Below are positions 1-12,203 of a stretch of 54,845 nucleotides of DNA, piece by piece. The translations under genes and the position numbers were made by a program. The notes beneath the pieces were generated by a model that made no database searches, was not told the DNA's origin, and saw only the letters and a list, made by a program, of their open reading frames with translations. Numbering within the stretch: the first letter of the stretch is position 1; the number at the start of each line of letters is the position of its first letter. Source of the DNA: Octopus bimaculoides (lineage: Eukaryota). The DNA lies in assembly GCF_001194135.2 (NCBI RefSeq), contig NC_068983.1:130009238-130064082 (forward strand), read 5' to 3'.

Positions 1-737
1 ATATATATATATATATAAAGTATGTACGTATATCACTTTAATACACAACGGAATTGCTTCATGCATAACACGATAGTTTTATGCGTTTATGATACTTTAA
101 TTCAGCATGTTTATAAAATACCCCATGTATCTCCAAGAAATTTTTTAGGTCCTAATTATGCATTATATATTTTTGAAGAAACAATGATGCTGCACGTTGA
201 GAAAATTAAACAAAATAAAAACGGAGAGGAAAACGGAAATAAGTTGGATGCAAAAAGTTGGACGGGTAGAAAAAACAAAGTCAAGGGAACTAAGATACCC
301 CGCTCTCTTGATTGGAGGAACAACAATTAATGTAACTAGTATAGAACAAAATAACAGCAAAAATGTGAAAGAGTATGAGAAAGTGACATAGTGTGGAGCG
401 GGTGCTTTCCTCCAGTTCCAAAAAAAAAAACCCTGTCCATGTACTTGTACCTATTGGAAGTATCATATATGAAATTAAGCAGTGTCTTGAAATATTTTGG
501 AAGACAAGTTAACATAAGCCTTTTTTTTAAGCACCTTCAAGTAATTCGACAAATCTAAGTCGGCCAGAAATGTATCAAGTTTCAGGACCGAATATATACC
601 ACATGAAATGAAGTGCATAGCCGTGAAAATAAAATCAAGCCATATATTAATGTATCTAAGAAATGCGAATTATACGTACCACAGAGATTACATGTTTTTC
701 TCTTAGATCCATGAATTCAAACACTGTTTGATTGCAG

Positions 738-828
738 GTCTGAAAATTTAAGCTGCTGCAAGAACATGGAAAGTGAAGAAAGGAAAACTTCAAACATTTT
801 TTTTCAAGAGGAGATCATAAAATCGCTG
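738..828 (+). CDS. Candidate internal exon of an unknown host gene (SENLSCCKNMESEERKTSNIFFQEEIIKSL)
   Basis: ttgattgcag acceptor, CTG|gtatgt donor and one open frame. No recognisable homology; could be a pseudo-exon. Confidence 0.15.
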
Positions 829-1225
829 GTATGTATTATTGATCATTACATGAGTTTTATTTGCCAAAAGGAGTTACAAATTGTAAATATATGTTTGCTG
901 TATATCTGCAATTTTGTTTGTAACTCCTATCTGCAAATGAAACACGTGTAATGGTCAATAAATGATATGAAAGACATTTGCACAATGTATTTTTGGGTAT
1001 GTAATTACTCTGCAAATGCACGTTTCTAAAACTTCAAAATTGTATATAGATGTAATAATCGCTTGGATTATGCATGAAATATGGTAATGTGATACAGGAG
1101 GACACACTATCGATTATAACACATTCTACATATTATATAGATATGTGCATATGTCCGTGCATGTGTGTGTGCTCATTCACAAACTGACATAAATTAACTC
1201 ATTAAACATGTTCTAAAAAATAAGG

Positions 1226-1266
<41 letters not shown>

Positions 1267-1330
1267 CTTTATATATTCATGTTGTTTTTCTTTTCATTCG
1301 ATTAATGACTCTGCCAAATCNNNNNNNNNN

Positions 1331-1400
<70 letters not shown>
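1226..1400. repeat. (TA)n and (GT)n microsatellites around a 10-N gap
   Basis: Read directly. Confidence 0.98.
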
Positions 1401-2067
1401 GTATGTGTATATTGTATATTTCGTGGATCTTTTAGTTTCTGGTAATAATGGAAAATTAATGTGAAATACAATAATGAAGAATTAATGCGCCGGCACAACA
1501 AAACTATTAGGACTATTTAAACATGTGCAATATTCAGTAACAATCTTTTCTAATTTAGCAAAAATTAAGATAAATGCTATATACGATTCACTTATGTATA
1601 AAAGAAAAAAATGCTGAAGTAAGTAGAAATGAAAGTACAGATATAAAATGTAATTACATGTAAACAAAAAATATCACCACTGTGAGCATCACAACCAATC
1701 AAAATGATACATCAGCAACACCAGTGACTGCACGTGCGTTAATTATTAAAAGCAACATGCAAAGCATTGACGGAAAACAGAGAATATTTCCTATATACAG
1801 AACAAAAAAAGCTTAATCAAGAATCATGTAAATCCTGTAATTTAAGATTAGTGGTTAAAACAAAAATGCATACAAACAGAGAAAAAGAAAGACACGGAAG
1901 GAATAAATAAGAAGCAAAAAGAAACACTAGACGGAACCAGAGGAAGAGAGAAAGGGCTAGGAAGAATAAATTAATGGAAATATCTGCAGGTGAAGATGAT
2001 GGAATTGAAGTCTATTTTCAATGGCTAGTAACTGGTGAACTTACTTAATAATGTAGCATATTATTTT

Positions 2068-2215
2068 CTTCTTCTTCTTCTTCTTCTTCTTCTTCTTCTT
2101 CTTCTTCTTCTTCTTCTTCTTCTTCTTCTTCTTCTTCTTCTTCTTCTCATTATAATAATTATTATTATTATTAGTATTATTATTGTTGTTGTTGTTGCTT
2201 TTGTTGTTGTTGTTT
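2068..2215. repeat. Compound trinucleotide microsatellite: (CTT)26, then (ATT)n, then (GTT)n
   Basis: Read directly. Explains the poly-L/I/V ORF at 2035-2217. Confidence 0.98.
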
Positions 2216-2337
2216 AACGATTGATGTTACTCCTCCAGAACGTAAAGAGCGAGTAAGTAGTTTGCGATTGTTATCAAATGAACAATAATTCAACACTCGT
2301 CTTCCACAAGTTTAAAATAATCATCTCAATCTACCTC

Positions 2338-2359
2338 ATTATTATTATTATTATTAATA

Positions 2360-2400
<41 letters not shown>

Positions 2401-2465
2401 GTTGTTGTTGGTGTTGTTGTTGTTGGTGGTGGTGGTGTTGTTGTTGTTGTTGTTATTATTTTTAT
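2338..2465. repeat. Compound (ATT)n/(GTT/GGT)n microsatellite
   Basis: Read directly. Confidence 0.97.
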
Positions 2466-2829
2466 TGTTAGTAAGAATATATTTAGCTTTCTAGGGACAC
2501 TGTTTAGTTTGGACTCATCCAATACATTTGACATGGTAGACTATTGCTATCAGATGGCTGTCCTAAATGCTACCGGTTTCGGGTCAGTCCCTGAAGAATG
2601 GATCATTACAATGTATAGTGGAATCTGTTTGCCCTTCAAATGAAATGGCCACTTCCGGAACATATCAGTACTGCACGCTCTGTTCACTAAAGATGGCCAG
2701 TGCCCCGTTTTTATATGTTTTGGCATTAGAATCTTTGCTAGGAAGGCTGCAGAGTTCCAGGTATAATCACTGGAAGTAAGCCACTGGAGAGGTGTGTGTG
2801 TGTGCATATGCAGACGACAACACTGCCCT

Positions 2830-3500
2830 TGTATATACTAAATGAGTATCAGACATGTACAGGAGCAAACATAAACGAGGACAAATCAATGGGATGGCAA
2901 CGAGACTCTTGGAAAGGCAAAACCATGTTGACTAGCGATGATTTCTCTCACTTGACGAGGTAGCCAGTAAAAGTGTATGGAGTCTGGTTCCGATTAGATA
3001 TCCAGGTGGCCAATCTCAATGATAAATGGGAATAAAGGAAGCCGTCTATAAAAAGCCGAACAGAACTACGGAAGGCACATACCGCATCTGAAATGTACCA
3101 TCACCTAGCCGACATAAACTGTGTTGATATTGAAGAGTTTTCCTTTTCAATTCTTATGTATAGGCCACGTTTCGCTGATTGGATACCCATCCGCTTTCAG
3201 CACTCATACTCAGTCCCTGATGGTTTGTGATGCGATGCTTGATTTTAGTTATCGACGAGCACAATCTGAGTAGTGCTCTGCAGATGTTTTCGGGTCGACG
3301 TCTATGGGCAGTTTCTGAATGTCTTTGATATATCAGTACTACAGACGTTCACTGCATGCTCGAGACAAGCTTTATTTCTTGAACCTGGATGTTACTGTTC
3401 CGAGTACCCTGTGTGTGTGTTGCATCTATAGAAATCCAGACCTTACAAGATAGCAATCTGGGAGTCGCACCAAAAGAATTCCTCATGGTCGAAAACGCCC
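2830..3500 (+). mobile_element. Highly decayed Penelope-like element relic (GIY-YIG-like piece followed by an RT C-terminal piece)
   Basis: Broken frames give GQINGMATRLLERQ (like YIGQT.R.L.TRL.EH), GIKEAVYKKPNR (like RGIKEAIYI..KP.LNR) and FLNLDVTV...IYRNPDLT (like PFLDV.V...VYRKPT). Many stops and frameshifts. Confidence 0.4.
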
Positions 3501-3584
3501 GGAATCGGCCATTTATTATTATTTTTTTTGCTTCCTAAGACGTGAATTTTCGTATTGAAAATAATTTCAAAACATAATTTCTAA

Positions 3585-4135
3585 CAATTTTTAACTCGGA
3601 GCATGAGTTAAGTCCCCTTCTAGCCACGGTGTCATTTCTTCAGCAAGGAAGCTGATGGGTGTAGTTTTGGAGGAGGCAAAAAGTATTGTCTTCTTCAAAT
3701 GGTCTACGCCGTCAATGCAGAGTACTATACGAAATTGCTGAGACGGTTACAAATGTTTTTTTTAAGATAGAACGTGCAGGAAAAATGACGCTAGAAAGAT
3801 TGAAACCCTAGGTTTCAATGACTGCGTGATTGTGGCATTGAACTGCTTGGTCACCGTCCCAATTCTCCTGATTTGGCCCAAATCAAACTCTCATCAATTC
3901 TCAACGTGAAGAAACACTTTGCTGGGAGTTAGTATCACAGTGATGATGACGTCATAGTCATTATTGAATTCTGACCAAGATGATAAAACGTCTTCAGCAA
4001 CAAAATCCCAAGCACCGCAATACCGATAGAAGAAGCGTGCGGAGTGCAAAATGGGAAGAATAAGCCTCATTCTGTGACATTCCTGAGGGTTTCTCAGTTA
4101 TGCAATGAACCTAAAAACATATCTTCATATGTGTA
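3585..4135 (+). mobile_element. mariner transposase 3' fragment (irritans/Himar-like), defective
   Basis: SSARKLMGVVLEEAKSIVF, VNAEYYTKLLRRLQ, IELLGHRPNSPDLA (YSPDL motif) and KKHFAGS.YHSDDDV. The HxDNA segment is missing. Confidence 0.8.
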
Positions 4136-4141
4136 CTTATG

Positions 4142-4875
4142 TACGAAGTTGTATTAAAAAGTTCCCGCAGTAGATTTGTAGCACAGCATCAAATGGCAGC
4201 ACCCTGTTGTTTGCACAGTGTGAGCTAGCAGAGACGTTCATGAGGCAGTGTATCGTGTGACATCGCAGTATTAACCTCGCAAGTTCAGAAATTTGTGTTT
4301 TTGTGATCACGTGTATGTTCTAGTCTGCTATTAAATCATAGAGATCGGGTTGGAACAAAGATTCAACGTGAAAATTTGTTAAACGTGGGACGTGTGCTTC
4401 ACAGTCGTTGAGCATGCTTCAGTAAGCAGCCATGCAGTTTTGAAGCGTTTGAGGGAGCACATTCGACGAAAGCGACAAGGCCCATGGAGCGCGAAGAATT
4501 GATTCCTCACGACGAGAACATACCCTGTCAGTGAGCTCTCCTCACTCGTGAGTTTCTCCCTAAAAACAAAATTTTATCACTTCTGCACCTACCCTATTCG
4601 CCAGATTTAGCATTTGCGGACATCTACGATGGAAATGCACGTCAAAACTTTCCGTCTTAACAACGTTGTTGTGATCAAGAGCAAATCGCCGTAGGTCCTT
4701 CAGTAACTTACGTAAAACGATTTCTAGATCGGATTCCATATGTGGCAGGAACGCTAGGACTGGTGCATTGTTGCGCAAAATGATTATTTCGAAAGAAATT
4801 ATGTCAACAATTATGTAAATAAGGAATCTTTTATCAAACACAACTAGTCTAGGAAAGTTTTGAAGCCACCTCGTA
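4142..4875 (+). mobile_element. Internally deleted mariner element with both TIRs
   Basis: The left end TACGAAGTTGTATTAAAAAGTTCC matches the reverse complement of the right end (TACGAGGTGGCTTCAAAACTTTCC) at 17/24. The N-terminal EQRFNVK is joined to VLKRLREHIRRKRQG..HDEN..LPYSPDLA. Confidence 0.85.
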
Positions 4876-5030
4876 TAAGCTAAGATATTCTCGCCTTCGT
4901 GGAGATAATGTGTTGTTTCAAAGATGGATTAGCTGTTATTACTAACATATTAAAACAATGACTTTGATGTTTGCACATTCGTTCATTTACAAGTATATCA
5001 TTGGTATATGTTCACCTTATATGGACACTT

Positions 5031-5332
5031 GGAGAGGTGCAATGGCCCAGTGGTTAGGTCAGTGGACTCGCAGTCGGAGGATCGCTGTTTCGATTCACAC
5101 AGCGGGCGTTGTGTATGTTTCTTGAACGAAAACACCTTAAGCTCCACGAGGCTCAGGCAGTGGGTAGTGGCGACACCTGTTGTACACTTTCGCCCCAACT
5201 TTCTCTTACTCTTTCTTGAGTAACGCTGCGACGGAGTGGCGCCCTGTCCAGCTGGGAGAAAGAACATACGCCTTAGAAACCAGGGAACCGGGCCCATGAG
5301 CCTGGCTAAGGTTGAAAAGGGCGCATAAATAA
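5031..5332 (+). mobile_element. tRNA-derived SINE (head A + body A + tail B)
   Basis: A-box TGGCCCAGTGG and B-box GTTTCGATTC. The 5' half aligns with 22052-22398 and the 3' tail aligns with 25781-26034. Confidence 0.85.
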
Positions 5333-6652
5333 TTTTAAAAATATATGGACACTGATCGGAAAATATATGAAGAAAAACTATATAAAACATTACAACCGTA
5401 AGTGTCCTGTTCTTTTTATATTCTAGAGAATAGCTTCCATTTTGTTCACCTTTTAAAAGATTGTAGTATAAATGAAGACCTTTTGACTCATATTTATAGC
5501 ATATCGAAAGGAAGACGAGCACTCTTAGCTCACTCGTTTGTACATAGTGAAGGCCTATGTACGCCATTACAGTTTTCATCAACATAGCATCATCATCATG
5601 AGCTGCAGTATCAGCAGTAGCAGCAACTGCAGCAGCAGCGTCATAATCAATAATTCCATGTCCATCATTCTCAAACTTCTATCAAGATTTCCTTGTGGCG
5701 TTTTTTTTTAATCCAGACAGTGCATTGACGATCAACCTCTGAAATATTTTCATTTCCTAAAATGTGGATTTTGATTACGATTTGTTTAAATTTCGTACTA
5801 GGATAGTCATGAAATATTGACTGGCTTTTTGGTATGCAAACGATTTATATGTGCGACTCTCCGACTTAGCATAATTTAAACATCATTGCTCAATGTTATG
5901 TAAGAGCAATACATCCAAAATGTACGGCAGGCATATTGAAACTACGCATACAACGATACGTAAAATAAGAAACAATACTATGTTCTCCATTACCAGTGTT
6001 TCAGTTACTCTATTTGTCAGGTTGCAGCATTAGGTGAAGGAACAAATAATATACTTAATAACCGAGTACACTATATTTGATGTAGATCGATGGTTGTGTT
6101 GTTTGAGAATAAAAACTATAGAAAAAATCAAAATACTTAAAAGACGGGAAAATATATAAAGGTATATTGCAGTATCGTTTCATCTATTCAACTAGTAGTA
6201 AACAGATGCATTAATATTGCTACGTTAACGATAACTTGGTGTCGTGGAAGTACCTGGTAAGAAATGTACGAGGAATATTTGTATCTATAAATAAACGCAC
6301 ACTATACAAATGTATGCACAAACAACTAGTCATATTAAGAGACAAATAGAAAATAAATTGGTTTCATCACATTTAGGTTTGATCTATTGCATTCTTCGGT
6401 ATTATATATAGAATTATCTTATTACCAGGGGAAGAAATTATATTTTATATTTCTGTTTAATTTTTATGATTTTAATTCAGTTTTGTCAGAGTACAACACA
6501 GTTTCTAAATAAATTTGAAATATAGAATACATGAATATTCTGGATATTGCTAGTATTCTATTGAATTAAATAATATATGCAATATATTCACTGACAACGC
6601 AACAAGTGCGTATATACATGTACATACAGGAGGTCAGATATACATATAAACG

Positions 6653-6900
6653 TATTTATAAAAATTATAATTTTGGATATCTAAGAGATACCACCATGCT
6701 TGAACTAGCAGTCAAATTTGGACTCTAAAACTACATTAAATGTCCATACAACATCAGGAGAAATGACAAAGAGACAAAATAAACTAGCAAATAATTACTG
6801 GATAATTCCAGATCCCGCAGTTCTGGCTCTGCATAAGAAATGCTCTGCCCTCATGAGTGGAATACACTCAGATAGCACATAAATACAAATATCTATATAT
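6653..6900 (-). repeat. Dispersed, diverged copy of the hammerhead-bearing repeat unit (strand given is the ribozyme strand)
   Basis: Aligns along its length with 44146-44380 (ATCTAAGAGATACC..CTAGCAGTC..ATAATTCCAGATC..GTGGAATA). A degenerate hammerhead lies at 6805-6863. The copy runs into (TA)n and a gap. Confidence 0.85.
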
Positions 6901-6911
6901 ATATATATCTA

Positions 6912-6942
<31 letters not shown>

Positions 6943-7528
6943 NNNNNNNNNNNNNNNNNNNNNNNNNNNNNNNNNNNNNNNNNNNNNNNNNNNNNNNNNN
7001 NNNNNNNNNNNNNNNNNNNNNNNNNNNNNNNNNNNNNNNNNNNNNNNNNNNNNNNNNNNNNNNNNNNNNNNNNNNNNNNNNNNNNNNNNNNNNNNNNNNN
7101 NNNNNNNNNNNNNNNNNNNNNNNNNNNNNNNNNNNNNNNNNNNNNNNNNNNNNNNNNNNNNNNNNNNNNNNNNNNNNNNNNNNNNNNNNNNNNNNNNNNN
7201 NNNNNNNNNNNNNNNNNNNNNNNNNNNNNNNNNNNNNNNNNNNNNNNNNNNNNNNNNNNNNNNNNNNNNNNNNNNNNNNNNNNNNNNNNNNNNNNNNNNN
7301 NNNNNNNNNNNNNNNNNNNNNNNNNNNNNNNNNNNNNNNNNNNNNNNNNNNNNNNNNNNNNNNNNNNNNNNNNNNNNNNNNNNNNNNNNNNNNNNNNNNN
7401 NNNNNNNNNNNNNNNNNNNNNNNNNNNNNNNNNNNNNNNNNNNNNNNNNNNNNNNNNNNNNNNNNNNNNNNNNNNNNNNNNNNNNNNNNNNNNNNNNNNN
7501 NNNNNNNNNNNNNNNNNNNNNNNNNNNN

Positions 7529-7565
<37 letters not shown>

Positions 7566-8018
7566 GGTTATATATGTTTGTGTGTGTACATCGTGATTGC
7601 CTTTAAGTGTGTATATGTATTTAGGTGTGGGTGTGTGGGGTGCATACGTTTACACATATAGGGGGATGGATATATATATATACATAATTACATATATATG
7701 TATATATATATATATATGTTTTTAACTAGAATTAAGTCAGTGCAATAACTTGATTTCACCAGCTGTTTGTATCATGTATTTGAATGGAATTGCCTAACAA
7801 CTACAATTATCAATTTACTTTGGTGATGAAGATTATTGCCGCCTTTCGAGTATGTATCATAATTACCAAAATGAGTAAGGTTGTGAGTCTTAAATTTCAA
7901 GAATTTTCTCTTTGAAATTATGTCCTGTTCTCGATTACAGCTGGTCGTAATTGATACGTAATAAATCAAGTAATTATGTTGCATGTTACTTTACAAACAG
8001 GAATCTGTGTATGACAGA

Positions 8019-8262
8019 ATGTGCGTGGCTTAGTGGATAGGATATACGGCTGACGAGTGTAAGGTTCTGAGTTTGATTCTAGGTGGTGAGCTTCACGTTG
8101 CGACAAAAATGTGTAGTGCCTGGATGACAACATTCGGAATCACTTGTAAATCTATGTTATGGGTGCGCGTATCTCTGGAGTACTGGACCACTTGCATGAT
8201 AATTTCAGGAGCAAGCTGCTTCATTCTTCAGATCAATTGGATGCGTCATCGCCGATGTAGAA
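8019..8262 (+). mobile_element. tRNA-derived SINE (head B + shortened body + tail C)
   Basis: The head GCGTGGCTTAGTGG..GAGTTTGATTC resembles the head of 25781-26034. The 3' part CTATGTTATGGGTG..ACCACTTGCA..GATC aligns with the tail of 22052-22398. Confidence 0.65.
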
Positions 8263-9442
8263 TAAATACTAGTTTTATTTTTTTTATATATGTGCGTACA
8301 TATATACACACAAATATTTGTATATATACATAAACATACACAAGCATAATTGTGTAAATGTGAATCTATACACACCCGAACCAAAACATAGACACATACA
8401 CACACATGCACACACACACATACGCACACATTGACACACACACACATATACGCACACTCATATACACATGGCCCTATATTCATTTTCTTTACGAGTATTG
8501 TAAACTAGATAGGTTAGTACCAACTATATTGTTAGCCAATTATATCAACCCGGTATTAAGCACTTCGTCTATGCCAACGTTTTCAAAATATTGAAATGAT
8601 GAATTGCAATAACATGTAAAATGATACAAAAACCATCTATAATTTGCGAGAACGCTGTAATTCCAGAATGGTATCTTCTCTATAATCAGTGAAAATAATT
8701 GCAACTGGCAATGCAATTTCAGAAGTCTTGCCATAGTTTTTTTTCTTACACATTGGCAATATTTTGAAAAGGAAATGCGTGCGTATAGATATATCCTTTT
8801 TCAAATTAGGATTATGCTGTTACATGTGAATGAACTTTCATATCAAGTATAAGTTTAAGTAAACTTGACCACTTATGGAGAAAATGTAAAATATTTTTAC
8901 GCACATACATATACTCAACCACATATAGCTGTGTTAGTGATTGAGTCATATTCAAGTCCTGGTGAATCATCTGCATAGGTATATTGATCTTTGCTAGTAT
9001 ATTCTATTTGACTCAATCAGAAACCATCCACAAACCAGAAGATTTGGCATTTCTTCGACAGGAGCTATTCCCTTCAATTATTTCCAATCGTCAGTGCCAT
9101 TTTCGGTATTGAAATGTTAAGGATTATTCGCTCATGCATTGAGTGTACAACGATGCTTTCAATAAATACTTATTTTGCTCCAAAGCCAGAATATCTGGCA
9201 AGAACAAGAACCAACTGACATGATACGGAGATAGGATCCGCTGCATTATATTAAGTAGCATTGCTCCATATATTCAAAATGAAAAATTGCTTTCTGCTTG
9301 ACTAACTTGAACAACAATTCTCTGCATTTCATATATGCATTTCATACACTGCCAACCGCAAAGATTAGGTGATGGCGCAGGCTGTCACGGGGTTATGTAT
9401 ACATGCCTACATGCGTAAAAATATAATACAAATATACATATA

Positions 9443-9490
<48 letters not shown>

Positions 9491-11244
9491 TCTCTCTCTT
9501 ATATATGTATATATATATATATATTGAGAATGAGAACGAGCGAGAGAGAAAAGGAAGAGCAAGTTATATATCCATGTAATACAGAATGATGTTATCGTCA
9601 AACAGAATTTTGAGTAATTCTGCCTTCATCAATGGGATTGTGTATTGGCTAATAATAATAATGAAATAACTTCCAATCGTAATATTAATGAGATCAATAC
9701 AGCGGTTGGTGATCGTTAAATCCCTGCGTCCCTAGTACACTAAATGCATGATATTGAACAAATTACACCTTCTTCTATTCTTCCTGCAAAGTGTTATATG
9801 CATGAATACTAACCGGGCAGACTGTTTAAGTTGTACAGTTTCAGTTCCATAAAATGCACTTTGGGCGAGTTCTCCGAATTTCTGCTCAATATGAGGCATG
9901 TGCATATTGCTTGGTTTGAAGCTGTACAGTAATCTGTCCGTGGAAGCTTTTCTGTACTGGGGTCAGTGATATATCACAAGAATTAACAGCACTGCCTGGC
10001 CTTCTTTATAGTGATATCGTACTAATTATACGACCATAACCCTGCTGTATATGTAGTATTTTATAATTATTTCTCCCATTCAAGGAGTTCCTCGGAAATG
10101 CTTTTATCCGCTGCCCATTCCACAGTGACATACCCAGCAAATAAAAGAAACCGGATGGGCACACACACACACACGCACACATACACGTATTTATGTATAT
10201 TTGCACACAAACACACACACATATACACACGCATACATACATACACACATATACATATAATATACAAGTATGCATACTAGTTAGTGCGCTGTGTGTTTAT
10301 GTGTGCGTAGTTGTGTGTTATGCAGCACCTTCAATCGGCATATACATCCTTGGCTATGAAATACGAAATATGAAAACGTGGTAAATAACAAAGAATGTGT
10401 TTTGTTTATATAAAAAAAATGTTTTTCTTTTATTTAAAACTGGCATTTTGTTTGTTTATCATTTCTAAAAAGAATGATTAAGAATATTTTGTATATTTAA
10501 ACTATTTCTGTCAAAATTCGAAAACACTTACTAAAATGAAACTTTGAATGTAACACATAAAATGTTTTCGTTTCATTTGCGAGAAATACGTTCTGAATAT
10601 CATTCGACATTCATACGCTGAGGGAAAAAATGTCATAACATTACCCATTGTAGGTTATGATAATACAATGAAATATGATCGATTGATAGATTTATTATGA
10701 AATAAGTGAAACGGATCTAGTTCTGAATATTTTATTTTGTTGCTTGTCGGTTCATATTTTGCGTATGTATAACCAAAATCCTTTCACAAATAATATATCC
10801 CTCTGCCGGAAAGTACCGAAATAGATTGCTGCGTGTAAAATTTGCTGAATATATTTTTGTCGCCATTATTCACTACTTAGGCTAACTGTTGCTGATGTTC
10901 GTGCTGTATTTTGAAGTTGTTTTTTCTTCTATTTGTTATAGGGTTGAGTCCCAGATCAGCTATGGTTTCGAAGACCTATGGCCATTATAATATCAGTCAT
11001 ATTTGATCGATCCATTATGATGAATATATTCTTGAATGCCTCACATCAGTTATAACATGTTAAGATTCGAGGACAATTTGGTTGATATTTTTATGAGACA
11101 AAGCAGTGATTAGTAACACGGAAAACAATTTAATGAATAAAGATAGAGCTAATATGTGTGAGAATTAAAGCTACATAATAGATTGCAATAATTAACCATT
11201 CATTGGAATATGTTATAATACCACGACAAATCATTTAATATTGG

Positions 11245-11440
11245 TTTAAAATGTTGATACCATGCCAGCAAGTTCGATGGAATATGCTAGTCGATTACAT
11301 TGTCCCTAGTGCTCAACTGATCCTTATTTTAACCACTCCGACGTGAAGAAAGACAACATTAACCTCAGCGGAATTTGAACGGAGAAAATATTGCTTAGCA
11401 TTTTTCCCGGTGTGCAAATGATTATGCTAGTACACCGCCT
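11245..11440 (-). mobile_element. ~200-bp tRNA-derived SINE (family D)
   Basis: Aligns with the copies at 16905, 20838-21470 and 32384 (GGCGG.G..CTGGCAGAA..GAGTTCAAATTC..GTCGATGTAATCGACT). Confidence 0.75.
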
Positions 11441-11624
11441 TGCACTGATTTAATATGTGAGACATTAGAAATTTACACTTGGTTCCATTCCATTCCCATT
11501 ACCTACAGAGCTACCTTAGAATTATAATCATTGAAAAGAACAGATGTTGTTGTTGAGACTAAGACCAACAAGAAATCAATAGAAATCAATATAATTTAAT
11601 ATTTTGATGCAAATATCTTTCCAG

Positions 11625-11652
11625 ATTTGTCGGCATGTATCCAGACAACAGT
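11625..11652 (+). CDS. Candidate 28-nt microexon
   Basis: atatctttccag acceptor and gtaagt donor, with all three frames open. No homology recognised. Confidence 0.12.
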
Positions 11653-12203
11653 GTAAGTTAAAATGTTTTGCAAGTTGAAGTTGTAATACATACGAAAGAA
11701 AGGAACTGAAATATTTTCAGCCCTTTATATTATCTATGTATCCATTTTGTTGTCATTAGAAGAAGTAACGTCTATATTATAATGCAGTACGTCTATAAAT
11801 CCATGACGGTATGAAATACAGTTGGTTGTTCAGTTTTCTGCAACAAATATTCATGCAGATTAGTCAAATTAAAGTCTTCCGCACTTACAAAGACATTTAC
11901 ATCGTTTGCCAACAGTACACGTGCGCCAGTGTGTATGTGTATCTGTAAGTGAGTGTGTGTGCGCGTGCGTATATTTTAGCTGTATGCGTATAGATATAAG
12001 TACATAAAAAATATAATTAGATAATGGGTTATTATTAACCTAGTTTTCGCATAGCATATTAAATATATATATGCTGCCATCGACTGTATTTGAAATATTT
12101 ATACATTCGAACGACATTTTGCCACATTGTAAGAATTCATTCAAAGTTGGAGTATAGTACCAAGTAATACTCTTTCGAAAATATCTGACATACTTACACC
12201 ATA

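Noticed and set aside
270-330. KIPRSLDWR resembles the start of a mature papain-family protease
   Set aside because: A stop follows three codons later, with no donor site and no QxxCGSCW segment nearby.
2560-2643. GSVPEEW resembles the LINE RT motif G.IPEEW
   Set aside because: A single short motif with no supporting downstream RT motifs.
8960-9140. YADD on the minus strand and an RQ.LFP/IEML pattern on the plus strand
   Set aside because: The two hints lie on opposite strands and neither has flanking RT motifs.
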